A stretch of DNA of 64,000 nucleotides from Felis catus (taxonomy: Eukaryota): positions 17,486,001 to 17,550,000 of the forward strand of contig NC_058369.1 of NCBI RefSeq assembly GCF_018350175.1, in the 5' to 3' direction. The notes beneath the pieces were generated by a model. It was not told the DNA's origin and did not search any database. It saw only the letters and a list, made by a program, of their open reading frames with translations. Position 1 is the stretch's first letter; each line of letters starts with the position of its first letter. Shown piece after piece: positions 63,258 to 64,000 of this stretch. The translations under genes and the position numbers were made by a program.

Positions 63258-64000
63258 CACTCATGTGCACTACTGTGTGTGAGTACCCAGTGCTGGACAT
63301 TTGAGACAGGTGATTCCCCGGCAGGTAGAGGTGATGAGGCCTGAGTTAGGTCAGAAGCAGCGGGCAGGGAATGGAGGACACTAGGGCAATAGGGAGTCAT
63401 AGTAGGTTCTAGCGCAGTGGGAAGGCTTTATTCCAAAGGGCCAAGTTTTCTTGTGAGCTTTCCTGGGGTCATCCCTCTAGAAGTCAGAGGTCCTGGGTAG
63501 CAGCTGAGCTCTTCTTACAGCTTGCACTGGATGCTGTGCCCCCCCCCCACCCCCGACCTCTAATACACTGAGAGGAAACACTCTGCGCTGGTATCTGGAG
63601 GCAGCTAGAGACCAACAAGCTGGACCTGTGGTATCACTGCCCTGTCCCAGTCTTTCTCAATCCCTGGGCCTCTGGGAGGTGAAATTGTTCCCGTGGCTCC
63701 CTCCATCCTGGTTGAGTTAGAACACCTTGCACCATCCGCCCACTAGCTGATTGACAAATGGTCACATTAGGCAAGGTGTTGTGTGTGTGTGTGGTGGTGG
63801 GGGAATTGCAGGTAGGAGGATGGGGCTGGGTTTCCAGGACCTATCCCTTTCTAGCCCTGAGCAATGCCTGCCCCAGAGGGAATTGAGATTGGACCTCTGA
63901 TCCTTTAAGCCTAAAATCCAGACTCTAAGGCCTGCCCCAGCCCTTCCAGGATGTTTCTGAGTTCTGTGAAAAAAGGAGCAAATTTGAGGAAATTGGGATT

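Overview
Mammalian genomic DNA, almost certainly from a felid: the abundant tRNA-derived carnivore SINEs include near-consensus SINEC_Fc-type copies. The window holds one complete protein-coding gene, CDC25A (M-phase inducer phosphatase 1), on the minus strand. It has 15 coding exons (ATG at 52188, TGA at 29900-29902; 1575 nt, 524 aa), all with GT-AG introns read from the sequence. It has a CpG-island promoter (E2F, CCAAT, GC-box and ZNF143-type motifs) and a ~1.8 kb 3'UTR carrying miR-21, miR-15/16, let-7 and miR-34/449 seed sites. The flanks (1-27 kb and 53-64 kb) are repeat-rich intergenic DNA (SINEs, L1, L2/MIR, MaLR/ERV LTRs, MER5). I found no novel protein system. The most notable observations are regulatory or evolutionary: two strong CTCF motifs in divergent orientation bracketing the gene, a start-stop uORF and a GU-loop hairpin in the 5'UTR, a U20/A19 inverted pair in the 3'UTR, a CAGCAG tandem acceptor, inverted SINEs around exon 6, a triply nested SINE>SINE>LTR insertion, and a templated fold-back filler at a SINE junction. 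Repeat family names are from pattern recognition, not a database search, and repeat boundaries are approximate.
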